DNA from: a virus
Taxonomy: Duplodnaviria; Caudoviricetes
DNA length: 31,399 nucleotides
Strand: one strand, 5' to 3'
Virus record (IMG/VR): IMGVR_UViG_3300020043_003990
Coordinates: 1-31,399 of that record
Part shown: in pieces, positions 9,260 to 19,077 of the stretch
How the letters are laid out: each line of letters begins with the position of its first letter
How positions within the stretch are numbered: the stretch's first letter is position 1
Made by a program: the position numbers and the translations under genes
The notes under the pieces: generated by a model
What the model was told of the DNA's origin: nothing
The model's database searches: none
What the model saw: only the letters and a program-made list of their open reading frames with translations

Positions 9260-11612
9260 TGATACTCCGCTATTGCAGCCAGTAGCAGAAAAGACCGTTT
9301 ACTCGGCTGGCGGATATACCTCAAGCAACAATATTACTGGCGATCCTACCGATTACTCTAAATACTACAAAGGCTGGGTCTATGCGAACTTAAACGCATT
9401 GGCTTCTTCTGTTTCTAAGATGGAACTCAAGCTTTACAAAGTACGAATAATAAATGGCGAGCAAGAGTATATTGAAATCGAAAGCCATGAGGCACTTGAC
9501 CGCCTAGACCGCCTGAACGCTTTTACGAGCTTTACTGACGCTGTATATAGCACACAAACATTCAAGGATATGGCGGGCGACTGCTTCTGGTACATAGATG
9601 ACGCAAAGCAAAACATCTATATCTTAGAGCCAAACAAAGTAAAAGTATTATTCGATTACATCGGTGGCGGTGGCGTAAAGATAACAGGCTATCGCTACAC
9701 GACAATCGTAGACGGCAAGGAGCGCGTTGAAACGTATGCGCCCGAGCAAGTCGTGCCTTTCAAGAACCCAAACCCATTAAACCCAGTACGCGGCATGGGC
9801 TTGATCCAAATGGCATTAGAAGCTATCGACACAGATATGTATGCCGAAGATTTTAATAAGCGCTTCTTCTTGAATAACGCTACACCAGACACCGTTCTCC
9901 GCACTGACCAGAAAATTAACGCAGATAATATGCGAAGGCTCGAAGCCGACCTTAAGCGTAGATTTGGTGGCACTCGTAATGCACACAAAACAATGATCCT
10001 TGAGGGCGGCTTAGATATTAAACCCTTAAATACTACCCAGCGCGATATGGAGTTCATTGAGCAGAGCAAATGGGTACGCGACAAGATGATGAGTATCTTC
10101 GGCAATACTAAAGTAAGCTTGGGGATTACTGAAGATGTAAACCGCGCTAACGCAGAAGCTTCTTTGTACGGCTGGCTGAAAGAAGTTATTAAGCCTAAAA
10201 TGCAAAGCTTCGTGGATAGCCTGAATGAGTTTTACTTGCCCGCCATGACAACTGACGCGCTTATCTTTGGCTTCGAGGATCCTTACCCAGAAGATAGCGC
10301 TGAAGATATTACTGAAGCTACTGCGGGTTATGGCAAATGGCTAACTCGTAACGAAGCCCGCGAGATGTTTGACTTGCCGCCTGTAGAGGGTGGAGATGAA
10401 TTCGGATCCGCGCCTTCCCCGCTTACTCCAGACCAAGAGCCAGCAAGCCCAACAGACGGACAAGCACCACCAGAAGAAGAACGCTCAATGCCAAAGGCTA
10501 TTAAGAACGTGGACTTCGAGAAGCGCTTTAGGCAGCTTGGCATTCACAAGAAGCTAGAAAAGCAGAAAGCTTTACTCGCTACCACTAAGCAGATCGCAGC
10601 CGAAGCCGTAAAAGAAGCGCAAGGACTTATTGAGCATGAACACGTAGCTCCGAAGAAAGATGTGCGCTATTCAGAGTTCTTCACGAATGATGAAGTTGTG
10701 AGCTACCACAGGGCAAAGATAAATAAGATTGAGAGCGTAGAAGCCCGCTTTGCGCAGAAGCTCGATGACTATCTTACCCGCCTAGAAGAAAAGACTATGG
10801 CAGTAGTAGCACTGATTGAAGAAAAGGGCATAGCGAAGGCAAGCAATGTGCCGCTCTTTGATGTAGATGATGAGATTAGCTTTGGTATAAATCTTTTCAC
10901 GCCTCTCATGGAAGAAGCTACGATGATTGGCGGCATGGCAGCGAATGCCCTTATCGGAGAGAAGCTCAACTACAAGCCTTCTGCAGAAGTACGCAAGGCA
11001 GTTCGCTCGAGCGTAAAGAAGTTTACTAAGAGCATGACAATTACAGATATTGACGCACTAACAGATAAGATCGTAAACCTGACCGCAAATGGCGCAAGTG
11101 TAAGCGATATCCGCGCTGAGGTGGCTACGTTCTTTGATGGTGCACGCGCCAAGCAAATAGATACCGTAGTTCGCACAGAAGTTCTGCGAGTAGCTAACCT
11201 CGCGACAACAGACGCTTACAAGCAATCTGACGCAGTAGTAGGCAAGCAATGGACTACGGCTGGAGATAGCGATGTATGCGAGTTCTGCTTGCAAGCTGAA
11301 AAGGATTATCAAGATGTAGCACTAGACGCAAACTTTGCAAATAAGGGCGATACGATTGAGGACGGACAGGGCAATGTTATGACGCTCGATTACTCGCACT
11401 TAGAAGCTCCACCGCTGCACGTTCGCTGCCGTTGCGATATTCTCCCTGTACTAGCTGACGAGTTTTCTAAAACCCTTGCGGGCGCACTCAAGCCTAAGAA
11501 AGCAAAAAAGATTGCTGCGGATCCAAGCACAGATGAGATCGAGAAGCTGAGACAAGAACTAGCTAACGAGCGCAAATACGCGAAAGAGCTAGAGGAACTT
11601 ATCAGTGAATGA
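9210..11612 (+). CDS. HK97-type portal protein fused to a MuF (SPP1 gp7-like) head morphogenesis domain
   Basis: Portal: RGMGLI..FFLNNATPD..NAHKTMILEGG..DMEFIE..NRANAE..WLTRNEARE..LPPVEGGD; MuF: VRTEVLR..KQWTTAGDSDVCEFC..PPLHVRCRC; likely start ATG 9210. Confidence 0.92.
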   Translation: MWKNLINLISSTNSGSSDTPLLQPVAEKTVYSAGGYTSSNNITGDPTDYSKYYKGWVYANLNALASSVSKMELKLYKVRIINGEQEYIEIESHEALDRLDRLNAFTSFTDAVYSTQTFKDMAGDCFWYIDDAKQNIYILEPNKVKVLFDYIGGGGVKITGYRYTTIVDGKERVETYAPEQVVPFKNPNPLNPVRGMGLIQMALEAIDTDMYAEDFNKRFFLNNATPDTVLRTDQKINADNMRRLEADLKRRFGGTRNAHKTMILEGGLDIKPLNTTQRDMEFIEQSKWVRDKMMSIFGNTKVSLGITEDVNRANAEASLYGWLKEVIKPKMQSFVDSLNEFYLPAMTTDALIFGFEDPYPEDSAEDITEATAGYGKWLTRNEAREMFDLPPVEGGDEFGSAPSPLTPDQEPASPTDGQAPPEEERSMPKAIKNVDFEKRFRQLGIHKKLEKQKALLATTKQIAAEAVKEAQGLIEHEHVAPKKDVRYSEFFTNDEVVSYHRAKINKIESVEARFAQKLDDYLTRLEEKTMAVVALIEEKGIAKASNVPLFDVDDEISFGINLFTPLMEEATMIGGMAANALIGEKLNYKPSAEVRKAVRSSVKKFTKSMTITDIDALTDKIVNLTANGASVSDIRAEVATFFDGARAKQIDTVVRTEVLRVANLATTDAYKQSDAVVGKQWTTAGDSDVCEFCLQAEKDYQDVALDANFANKGDTIEDGQGNVMTLDYSHLEAPPLHVRCRCDILPVLADEFSKTLAGALKPKKAKKIAADPSTDEIEKLRQELANERKYAKELEELISE

Positions 11613-12156
11613 GCGCAAACTTGCCCTACTAAAAAAGCGTGCGCAGAAGCGTAGAGAACTTGAAGCTCAACAAAGCGATATAGCAGAGAAGCTTGCAGCA
11701 ATTAGCGAGAAAGAAATGACCGTAGAGATCCCTGAGATACCTGCGCCCATTGTGCATAATGAGTTCGACACCAAAGAGCTTGCCGAAATAGCAAACAAAA
11801 CATCAGCGCAATTAGAGGCTCTACAAAGTAAGTTAGACCCCGAGATGACTATTGCTGCCTTTGGCGAACTTAAGAGCGAGATAAGCACGCTAAAATCGGT
11901 ATTTGGGCATATTGAGAAGGCACTTGAGCAAGACATATACGCCCGCTATGATTATGCGAACAGCATAGAAGAAAATGGCGTGCGCTACATCGGATATTTG
12001 AACAAAGATAGTAACTGGTTTATTCAGCGGCTCGGTAAAAGCACTGAAGGCGAAAGCTCAACATTCGCAACTGGTAAGGCTGGCACATATAAGCAAGCAT
12101 GGAAGGCTCACTTGACACTCAAGTATGTTCCACGAGATAAGGCGACTATTGTATGA
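11605..12156 (+). CDS. Hypothetical protein (coiled coil plus aromatic C-terminal domain)
   Basis: Co-oriented and overlapping neighbours; C-terminal YIGY...WFIQR...W...L.Y. Confidence 0.7.
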   Translation: MNERKLALLKKRAQKRRELEAQQSDIAEKLAAISEKEMTVEIPEIPAPIVHNEFDTKELAEIANKTSAQLEALQSKLDPEMTIAAFGELKSEISTLKSVFGHIEKALEQDIYARYDYANSIEENGVRYIGYLNKDSNWFIQRLGKSTEGESSTFATGKAGTYKQAWKAHLTLKYVPRDKATIV

Positions 12157-12617
12157 GCAATACAAAGTTTGATGCAGTACTTGGGCGCGTTCGAGAAGAA
12201 GATACGATAGTTCAAGAAGTTATAGGCGGCAGTAGCTCAGGCACAGGACCAATCGTAGGATCAACTGATTGGGGAACAATTACTGGCACATTAGCGGATC
12301 AGTTGGATTTACAAGCAGCTTTTGATCTGAAAGCTAACCTATCACTTTTAGCAGGTGGCACGACAGGGCAAGTACTCACAAAAGATAGCAATGCGGATCA
12401 AGACTATAGCTGGCAAACCCCAGCTTCTACGACAACTGGTTACGCCTGGGAAGATTACGAAAAGACCAGCACGTATGTCTATGTGAGCTATTTAAGCGCA
12501 GGGGGAGCGTGGTATATTTATCGAAGAACAGTAGCCACAAACCTGCGTGAGTATGCCTCGGGAGCGAATAACTACGCGGCAAACTGGGCGGGTAGAGCAG
12601 GATTAAGTTACGCATAA
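12153..12617 (+). CDS. Putative virion fibre/decoration protein
   Basis: WGTITGTLADQLDLQAA and GGTTGQVLTKDSNADQDYSW motifs typical of phage fibre proteins. Confidence 0.65.
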   Translation: MSNTKFDAVLGRVREEDTIVQEVIGGSSSGTGPIVGSTDWGTITGTLADQLDLQAAFDLKANLSLLAGGTTGQVLTKDSNADQDYSWQTPASTTTGYAWEDYEKTSTYVYVSYLSAGGAWYIYRRTVATNLREYASGANNYAANWAGRAGLSYA

Positions 12618-12627
12618 GGAGACAATC

Positions 12628-12819
12628 ATGAAACCCATAAATCGCAGATACCACGACTTAGATGAACCGACTACACAACCGAGCATGACTTGGGATATGA
12701 GTAATGGTGATGAAATAGTAGTGGAAAACCTTATTACTTATGGCGAAGCAACTGACGGCAAAGAACAGCTGACAGCACTGGCACAAGCAGTCTGTGATAG
12801 CTACGAGGAGAATTTATAA
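12628..12819 (+). CDS. Small acidic hypothetical protein
   Basis: AAGGAG RBS; TAATG coupling to the next gene. Confidence 0.65.
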   Translation: MKPINRRYHDLDEPTTQPSMTWDMSNGDEIVVENLITYGEATDGKEQLTALAQAVCDSYEENL

Positions 12820-15350
12820 TGGCAGTAATTATTTCAAATGGTGCAACTAACTTATCCACAGCTGGTGGGTTTTATAGGGCGGAAAGTTACAATTTATCTA
12901 CATACAGCACAACAGTGTTAGCACTGAGCACTACTAGACAAATAAATGTTACTTTTGCTAATGCTGGTAACTGCAAAGGCTTGATATTACACCTAACAGG
13001 GGCTTATACAAACAAAGATGTAACAGTTGAACTCCAAGAAAATACTGGGAGCTGGACAACTAGAGCTAGTAAAACACTAACAGTTACAGACATTACAATT
13101 GGTGGGTCAACAGGCTTGAACTGTAGTTCATATATTATACCGTTTGAGTTTGCTACTCCATATGCTGTCGATACCACTGCTAGTAAGTGGCGGTTTCAAA
13201 TAACTCAAGGCACAGGGAATGCATACAACTGGTCTTTACGAACTTCTAACGGTACCGCCCCTAGCTACATCACTTGGTGCGATAACGCTGTTAGTTATGC
13301 GACTGACGATGTAATTATCGCTAAAGAAACTATAACCATTGACCAAAACTGTACATTTAAGGGGCTATTATCTACTGGGGATAGCACCAACTCTATTTGT
13401 GCGATTGCTTGTACTAGCACTACTAGAGACCCAACTGCTAACGGTATGATAGTTTGGGACGACACCCCAGCGTCAAGCTACACAATGAACATAGACGGCT
13501 ATATGGTGTTATCTGCTTATGCAGGTTTTCACATTGGTAATTCAACTAATCGCATACCCTATGCACAAAAAGCAGTCGTGAATATTAAAAACGCTACTTC
13601 AGGCACTGCTACTAATACAGGCATAAGTCAGGGTGGCAACGCAAGCCAAGCCAACCATATCGGTAAGGCTAGTTTTCAGCTATACGGCGAGATACCAACA
13701 ACACGAGTTACTACTCTAGCTTCAGACGCTAACTTTAACCAAAAGAACATAGTTACGACTGACTCAACTGGTTGGAGCCCTGGTGACAGGGTGGTTGTCT
13801 GTAAGGCTCAAACAGCTGGTGGTACTGCCGAAACTGCACCATTTACAATTGATACAATATCTGGCACTAATATTACATTTTTAGAAAATATACTCTCAGC
13901 TAAAAGGCTAACTGGCGGTAAAGTTTTCAGAGTTAATGGTTATGGAGTTGAGATAATAGTAGAGAATAGTACTGCCATTGCCAATTATCTGAACGGCTGT
14001 AATGGTTACACAGTTGATGGGGCATACATAACAAGAGCTGTTTTTAATTTTACTGGTGGAACAAGTGAGTGGAACGATAGTGCGGCTAACATTACTGACC
14101 TGAAAACAGTAGACAGTGCATTTGTAGGTGCTTCTATCTATGCCACAGTAAATTGGCATAATAGTAGAACAATAACCGCTGAACGCTGTCATAATTTTAA
14201 GGGTGGATTCAGTAGCACTTTTTATGGACCACCAACAGCATTAAAAACAATCAAGGATTGTATATTCTATGGGACAGGTATTGGTGGTTGGTACAAAGTC
14301 CAAAATGCCTTAGTTGAGGATAATTATGTATATAATGGTGGACCACCATTACTAAGTAGTGGTGGTCTTTACAACTCAACTTTTAGAAATAACTATTTTT
14401 GGGGTGCTCAATATATATTCCGCAACGATGGTCCATTTGCCAATATTCTGTTTGAAAATAATATCTGGGATTATACCGACCGCTCTTTCTATAATTTTAA
14501 TGTAGCAACTAATGTTATTTTTAGAAACGACACATTTGGAGTTGAGCTTGCCACAAAATATATTTTTTCTAACTTTCAAAATTATTCACCAATATCGGCA
14601 GTTCTATTTGACAACTGTGTAATTAAGCCAGTTCTCAACTCACCAACCGAAAACGATGGAGAGAGTGTGGACGGCTCAAAAATGAGGTTCCAAGACTACA
14701 ACCAAACCGCTAACTATGATTTTACTGCTATGACTTACGGCACGATTACTAGAACAGGCACAGGACTAGCTGACACTACCGTCCGAACGGCTGGGGGCTT
14801 TGCGATGAGGTTTGAACCGACTTATTCACCAAACTTAATGCACTGGGAACAGAACATACCAACAGGCAATATTCAGAACAAGACGATGACTGTTTCACTC
14901 TGGGTCAAGCTAAACAATTCAGCTTACTGGGCTGGCACTCACACCAAACCAACCCTAACGATTGATTACGACAACGGCACAACTATCACCTCAGTAGCTC
15001 AAGGTAATACTAACTGGCAACAGCTAGCGTGTACATTTACGCCAACAACAGGCTATGGACAGATTGAAATGAAAGTCACAGGAGCTACCGACGCTACTGG
15101 CACGGATAGATACTTCTACGTCGATGATGTGAATGTTGCCTACCCTGCTGGTGTGGCTATTGACCTTGGCAACTTGGACTTGTGGGCAGAGGGATTGCCT
15201 GTTGCACCTGCTATTGCAACTATGCCTAGCCTTGGTGGGGTATGGGACGAGCCACTATCTGCTCATACGATTGCAGGTACGATGGGCAAGATACTCGCTG
15301 ACACTGAAGCCAATAGCGATGTAACTCAAGCTAAGGTAGATCAGCTTTAG
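12819..15350 (+). CDS. Large beta-rich virion protein: putative beta-helix with a C-terminal carbohydrate-binding-like sandwich
   Basis: T/S/N/G-rich; repeated xxFxNNxF-type rungs (STFRNNYF, ILFENNIW, VIFRNDTF, VLFDNCVI); C-terminal TVSLWVK..NWQQLACTFTP..FYVDDV. Confidence 0.6.
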   Translation: MAVIISNGATNLSTAGGFYRAESYNLSTYSTTVLALSTTRQINVTFANAGNCKGLILHLTGAYTNKDVTVELQENTGSWTTRASKTLTVTDITIGGSTGLNCSSYIIPFEFATPYAVDTTASKWRFQITQGTGNAYNWSLRTSNGTAPSYITWCDNAVSYATDDVIIAKETITIDQNCTFKGLLSTGDSTNSICAIACTSTTRDPTANGMIVWDDTPASSYTMNIDGYMVLSAYAGFHIGNSTNRIPYAQKAVVNIKNATSGTATNTGISQGGNASQANHIGKASFQLYGEIPTTRVTTLASDANFNQKNIVTTDSTGWSPGDRVVVCKAQTAGGTAETAPFTIDTISGTNITFLENILSAKRLTGGKVFRVNGYGVEIIVENSTAIANYLNGCNGYTVDGAYITRAVFNFTGGTSEWNDSAANITDLKTVDSAFVGASIYATVNWHNSRTITAERCHNFKGGFSSTFYGPPTALKTIKDCIFYGTGIGGWYKVQNALVEDNYVYNGGPPLLSSGGLYNSTFRNNYFWGAQYIFRNDGPFANILFENNIWDYTDRSFYNFNVATNVIFRNDTFGVELATKYIFSNFQNYSPISAVLFDNCVIKPVLNSPTENDGESVDGSKMRFQDYNQTANYDFTAMTYGTITRTGTGLADTTVRTAGGFAMRFEPTYSPNLMHWEQNIPTGNIQNKTMTVSLWVKLNNSAYWAGTHTKPTLTIDYDNGTTITSVAQGNTNWQQLACTFTPTTGYGQIEMKVTGATDATGTDRYFYVDDVNVAYPAGVAIDLGNLDLWAEGLPVAPAIATMPSLGGVWDEPLSAHTIAGTMGKILADTEANSDVTQAKVDQL

Positions 15351-15384
15351 AGTTCTTGACGATTCTGTTCGCAGGTTATTAGAT
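15351..15384 (+). promoter_or_regulatory. Promoter-like element TTGACG-N17-TTAGAT
   Basis: AGTTCTTGACG immediately after the stop; variant of the motif at 17523, 19026 and 25628. Confidence 0.5.
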
Positions 15385-15412
15385 AGCAGTATCAAAGAGG
15401 AGTCAAATCATT

Positions 15413-16159
15413 ATGTATACAGTTAAGGCAAATATAGAGCGAGAGGGCAAAAAGATGATTGCTATCGCTTCTACAGCAGTTGAGGATCGGCATGGCGAGA
15501 AAGTTCTCGTTGAAGGCTGGGAAACAAAAAACTTTATGGCAAATCCTGTATTGCTCTGGGCGCACGATCATTCTATCCCGGCTATTGGCAATGCGAAGAA
15601 TGTCCGCACTGAAGGCAAGGGCGCAGACGCTAAGATGGTATTCGAGCCAGAGTTTCACGACATCACTCCAGAAGCTCGAGCTATTAAGGCAATGTTTGAT
15701 CAGGGCATCATCAACAGCTTCTCCGTAGGCTTTAAGCCCTTAGAAGCTGAAGGCAATACATTTACCAAGCAGGAACTCCTCGAAATCTCTGCAGTGAATG
15801 TACCAGCTAACCCAGAAGCTCGCATGATGGCTTATAAGTCCTTAGAGAATGCAGGTTTTGAGAAAAGCGTTATCAACAGCGTAGTTGGAGTTATTGACGC
15901 GGAAGAAGAAATGAAGCATAACGATATAGAACAGCTTACTAAGAGATTAGTAGAGCTGGAACATGAGGTGAATAGCTTGCGGGCTAAATCCTCGCCCGAT
16001 GACGGCAATCCCTATGTGCGAGCAAGTGGCTTAAAAGCAATCGACAAGATAGCTGGACAGCTCCTAGCAGAAACAGAAGATAGTCGGCAGCGCACACTAC
16101 TAAAAGCATTGGATCGCGTAACCGAGAAATTGCTACAAGATAATAAGAAAGGACTTTAA
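15413..16159 (+). CDS. HK97-family prohead protease
   Basis: ASTAVEDRHGE, NPVLLWAHD, SFSVGF, LLEISAVNVPANPEA. Confidence 0.95.
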   Translation: MYTVKANIEREGKKMIAIASTAVEDRHGEKVLVEGWETKNFMANPVLLWAHDHSIPAIGNAKNVRTEGKGADAKMVFEPEFHDITPEARAIKAMFDQGIINSFSVGFKPLEAEGNTFTKQELLEISAVNVPANPEARMMAYKSLENAGFEKSVINSVVGVIDAEEEMKHNDIEQLTKRLVELEHEVNSLRAKSSPDDGNPYVRASGLKAIDKIAGQLLAETEDSRQRTLLKALDRVTEKLLQDNKKGL

Positions 16160-16162
16160 TAC

Positions 16163-17443
16163 ATGGGTCAAATCTCAGACTTACAAGCAAAGCTTGCTGA
16201 CGGCAGTATTACTGACGCAGAAAAAGCAGAGCTCGAAACTTTGAAGAAAGAAGCTGCAGACATCAGCACCAAAGAAGCTGAAGTTAAAAGCGCTGAAGAT
16301 ACAAAAGTAGAAGATCTTGCTGAAGCTATTGCTGCAAAGGCTTTTGGTAAATTAAGCGAAAAGCTTGATGCCGAAGTAAAAGCAGAAGCACACGTGCCAG
16401 TTATGGCTGACGTGAAAATGGGCAGCGATAAAATGATTATGGACAAGAGCTTGGGAAGCGTATCAGTAGATAAGCTTGCTGAAATCAAGCACGTAATCCC
16501 AGAACGTAAGAACGCTGGTAAGCAGTACACTGAAATCACTGGTAAGACCATTCACTTTATGAGCGCTCTTATGCACGGTGATAAAGAAAAGCTTCAGGTA
16601 CTCGTAGAAGGTACTGACGCTCTAGGTGGATACCTCGTGCCAGCAGAGTTCTCGAACATGATCGTAGAAGATCTCCGAGACGCAACTGTTATGCGCCAGA
16701 TCGCTAACACCATTACCACACAAAGCAACGAACTCCACTTGCCAAAACTCGATACTCGACCACAGGCACAATGGCGTAACGAAGCTGCAGTTAAGGCTAC
16801 CAGCACCGCTCAATTCGCAGAGCTAGTATTCACTCCTTACTCTCTAGCTTCTATCGTACCGCTTTCGCAGGAACTTTCAGATGACGCTACTCTTGGCGTA
16901 AACGGATCTATCGTCAACTACATCGCTGGTTTGATGACACAGAGCCTTGCCGAAAAAGAAGATGCAGCATTCTGGACTGGTGATGGATCAGGTAAGCCAA
17001 CTGGAGTAAACCAGTACACCGTAGGCTCACGTGCTAAAAGCGCGAACATGGCTGATGATGTAATTGAATTGTTCCATGACTTGAAGCAGGGCTATCGTGG
17101 GCGTGCAGTATGGGTTGGAAACGCTCGTACCCTCGCAACCGTTCGTCAGCTAAAAGACACCCAGAACCGATATCTCGTACAGAACTTGGGCGATAGCCCA
17201 TACGGAAGCCTTCTCGGGCGACCTATGTACGAACAGAACAATCTAGGGAATGAGCTCTACTTGGGCGACTTCAACTACTACCAGATTGTAGATCGTGCTG
17301 GTATCTCGGTACGCGTATCTGATGAAGCCACTGTTGGCGGATCAAGCGCGTTCGAAAAGAACTTGGTATTCGTACGTGTAGAGAAGCGCGTTGACGCAGA
17401 ACTCACACTAACCGAAGCAGTTAAGAAGATTACTGGAGTTTAA
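16163..17443 (+). CDS. HK97-fold major capsid protein with N-terminal scaffold (delta) domain
   Basis: GGYLVPAEF, EDAAFWTGDGSGKPTG, LKDTQNRYL, LLGRP, LGDF, RVEKRVD. Confidence 0.96.
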   Translation: MGQISDLQAKLADGSITDAEKAELETLKKEAADISTKEAEVKSAEDTKVEDLAEAIAAKAFGKLSEKLDAEVKAEAHVPVMADVKMGSDKMIMDKSLGSVSVDKLAEIKHVIPERKNAGKQYTEITGKTIHFMSALMHGDKEKLQVLVEGTDALGGYLVPAEFSNMIVEDLRDATVMRQIANTITTQSNELHLPKLDTRPQAQWRNEAAVKATSTAQFAELVFTPYSLASIVPLSQELSDDATLGVNGSIVNYIAGLMTQSLAEKEDAAFWTGDGSGKPTGVNQYTVGSRAKSANMADDVIELFHDLKQGYRGRAVWVGNARTLATVRQLKDTQNRYLVQNLGDSPYGSLLGRPMYEQNNLGNELYLGDFNYYQIVDRAGISVRVSDEATVGGSSAFEKNLVFVRVEKRVDAELTLTEAVKKITGV

Positions 17444-17500
17444 TAGAAACTTTGGTAGAATAGCAGCAGACTAGCATAAGTCTAGTCGAGTGCTACGCAG

Positions 17501-17522
17501 AAGCGCCTTCGGGCGCTTTTGT
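17501..17522 (+). terminator. Intrinsic terminator after the capsid gene
   Basis: AAGCGCC-TTCG-GGCGCTT followed by T run; a second hairpin lies at 17461-17495. Confidence 0.85.
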
Positions 17523-17556
17523 GGTTATTGACGTATATCTTCACGAGTAGTTATAT
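17523..17556 (+). promoter_or_regulatory. Promoter-like element TTGACG-N17-TTATAT
   Basis: GGTTATTGACG directly after the terminator; ATG follows 6 nt after the -10. Confidence 0.6.
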
Positions 17557-17562
17557 AGGGAT

Positions 17563-17715
17563 ATGGAAAGAGTACGAGTACGCCTACTCAAGGACTACAA
17601 GCAGCGCTTGGCTGGTGAAACTATAAGCGTGCCAATTACTCTCGCACGCAAGCTCTATCGCAAGGGCATCGCGTACAAAGATAAGATGATAACAAGATCG
17701 GACAACACAGCATGA
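17563..17715 (+). CDS. 50-aa basic protein absent from the ORF track
   Basis: MERVRVRLLKDYKQRLAGETISVPITLARKLYRKGIAYKDKMITRSDNTA; ATGA-coupled to the connector gene. Confidence 0.75.
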   Translation: MERVRVRLLKDYKQRLAGETISVPITLARKLYRKGIAYKDKMITRSDNTA

Positions 17716-18326
17716 CAGCTCTCTCGCCAGAAGCCCTCACATCAGTAGCAGACGTAAAAGAATTGCTTGGCATTACAGGCAGTACTCAAGACAACCTTAT
17801 TACTCGCAATATAAATTACGCGACTAAGATTATTCTGAATTACTGCGGCGTAACAAGCTTTAATTCTACCGCCTATGTTGAGTATTACGATGGTATCGGC
17901 GGCAATGAACTCGTGCTGCGCAATAAGCCTGTGATAGACATGACGAGCGTTGAATGGCGCGATGAGGCAGGAAACAATGCAAGCTTCGAGCTATTAGATA
18001 CAGAGGACTTCTTTGTAGATGAAGAAGCGGGCATTATTAAATCTCTTATTGGGCTTGGCGGCACATATCACAACTGGAAAATAACTTACACAGCGGGCTA
18101 TGCCACGATTCCCGATGATCTCGCTGAAGCGTGCGCACGCATGGCAGCATTCATGCTAGAAAACGGTACGGCTGGCACAAGTATTAAGTCGAAGCAAGAA
18201 GGACAGCGAAAAGTTGAATACTTTGATAGCTCTACTGCAAGCGGCAACTCTAGCCTTATCGAGAGTCTGGGCTTAGATGATATACTTCGCCCTTACTGCG
18301 ATGTAGCAATATCAGGACTTAACTAA
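17712..18326 (+). CDS. Head-tail connector/adaptor
   Basis: LTSVADVKELLGI..QDNLI..YDG.G..PV..V..ITYTAGYATIPDDL; position after the capsid gene. Confidence 0.85.
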   Translation: MTALSPEALTSVADVKELLGITGSTQDNLITRNINYATKIILNYCGVTSFNSTAYVEYYDGIGGNELVLRNKPVIDMTSVEWRDEAGNNASFELLDTEDFFVDEEAGIIKSLIGLGGTYHNWKITYTAGYATIPDDLAEACARMAAFMLENGTAGTSIKSKQEGQRKVEYFDSSTASGNSSLIESLGLDDILRPYCDVAISGLN

Positions 18327-18643
18327 TGGCGCTCTTTTTTGCAAGCCACGATATCACTATCAGGCGGCTGCGACCTTTTGGAGCTGCAATACAAAATTAT
18401 TCAGCTACATTCACATCGTACCAGGCAGATATTCAGCCGATAGGAATTAGCCGTACGAATGACATCGGCGGGCGCATAGGCGCGCTTTATGATATGTGGG
18501 TAGACGGATCTGTACCTATCAAAGAAGGCGACCAAGTAGATGACGGCTCGGGCAAGCGTTACAGTGTGAAAGCAGTGAGCCGCTTCGAGGGATCGGGCTT
18601 ATTAGAACACATACAAGTTATCTTAGAGAGCAAAAATGGCTGA
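18326..18643 (+). CDS. Head closure (stopper) protein
   Basis: Size, synteny and IKEGDQV....RYSVKAV pattern. Confidence 0.7.
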   Translation: MALFFASHDITIRRLRPFGAAIQNYSATFTSYQADIQPIGISRTNDIGGRIGALYDMWVDGSVPIKEGDQVDDGSGKRYSVKAVSRFEGSGLLEHIQVILESKNG

Positions 18644-19025
18644 GTATACCGTTCGGATCACTAACTTAGAGGAGATCCGCAGGGCGTTCCGCAAAGCGCC
18701 AGAACTCATGGTGAAACACTTGAATACGGCTATCGAAGGCTCTATCTGGCAAGTTGAGCGTACTGTTACGCTAAAAGGCTACTCGAATGAGTATTACCAA
18801 AACAGAACATATAGCCTGACGCGAAATTGGGTGAGTATGTTTCAACCTGGTAAGGGAACGCTCTATAACCGCATGGACTACGCTACGTATCTACATGAGG
18901 GAACTGGCTATATACGAGCCAGACCATTCTTAGCGGACTCATTGAAAGAAGATGGGAAACAGATTGAGAAGAACTTCGAGAACGCAGTCCAGAAGGTATT
19001 AGACGAGATTGGGCGGAACGTATGA
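18636..19025 (+). CDS. HK97 gp10-like tail completion protein
   Basis: RTYSLTRN, YATYLHEGT, ARPFL. Confidence 0.8.
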   Translation: MAEYTVRITNLEEIRRAFRKAPELMVKHLNTAIEGSIWQVERTVTLKGYSNEYYQNRTYSLTRNWVSMFQPGKGTLYNRMDYATYLHEGTGYIRARPFLADSLKEDGKQIEKNFENAVQKVLDEIGRNV

Positions 19026-19060
19026 AGTTATTGACGCATAGGTATAAATATACGATAACT
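19026..19060 (+). promoter_or_regulatory. Promoter-like element AGTTATTGACG (weak -10)
   Basis: Same motif right after a stop codon; AAGGAG RBS downstream. Confidence 0.5.
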
Positions 19061-19077
19061 GGAGTAAGGAGTATTGC

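Noticed and set aside
12819-15350. Diversity-generating retroelement target
   Set aside because: No reverse transcriptase or template/variable repeat pair seen in this window
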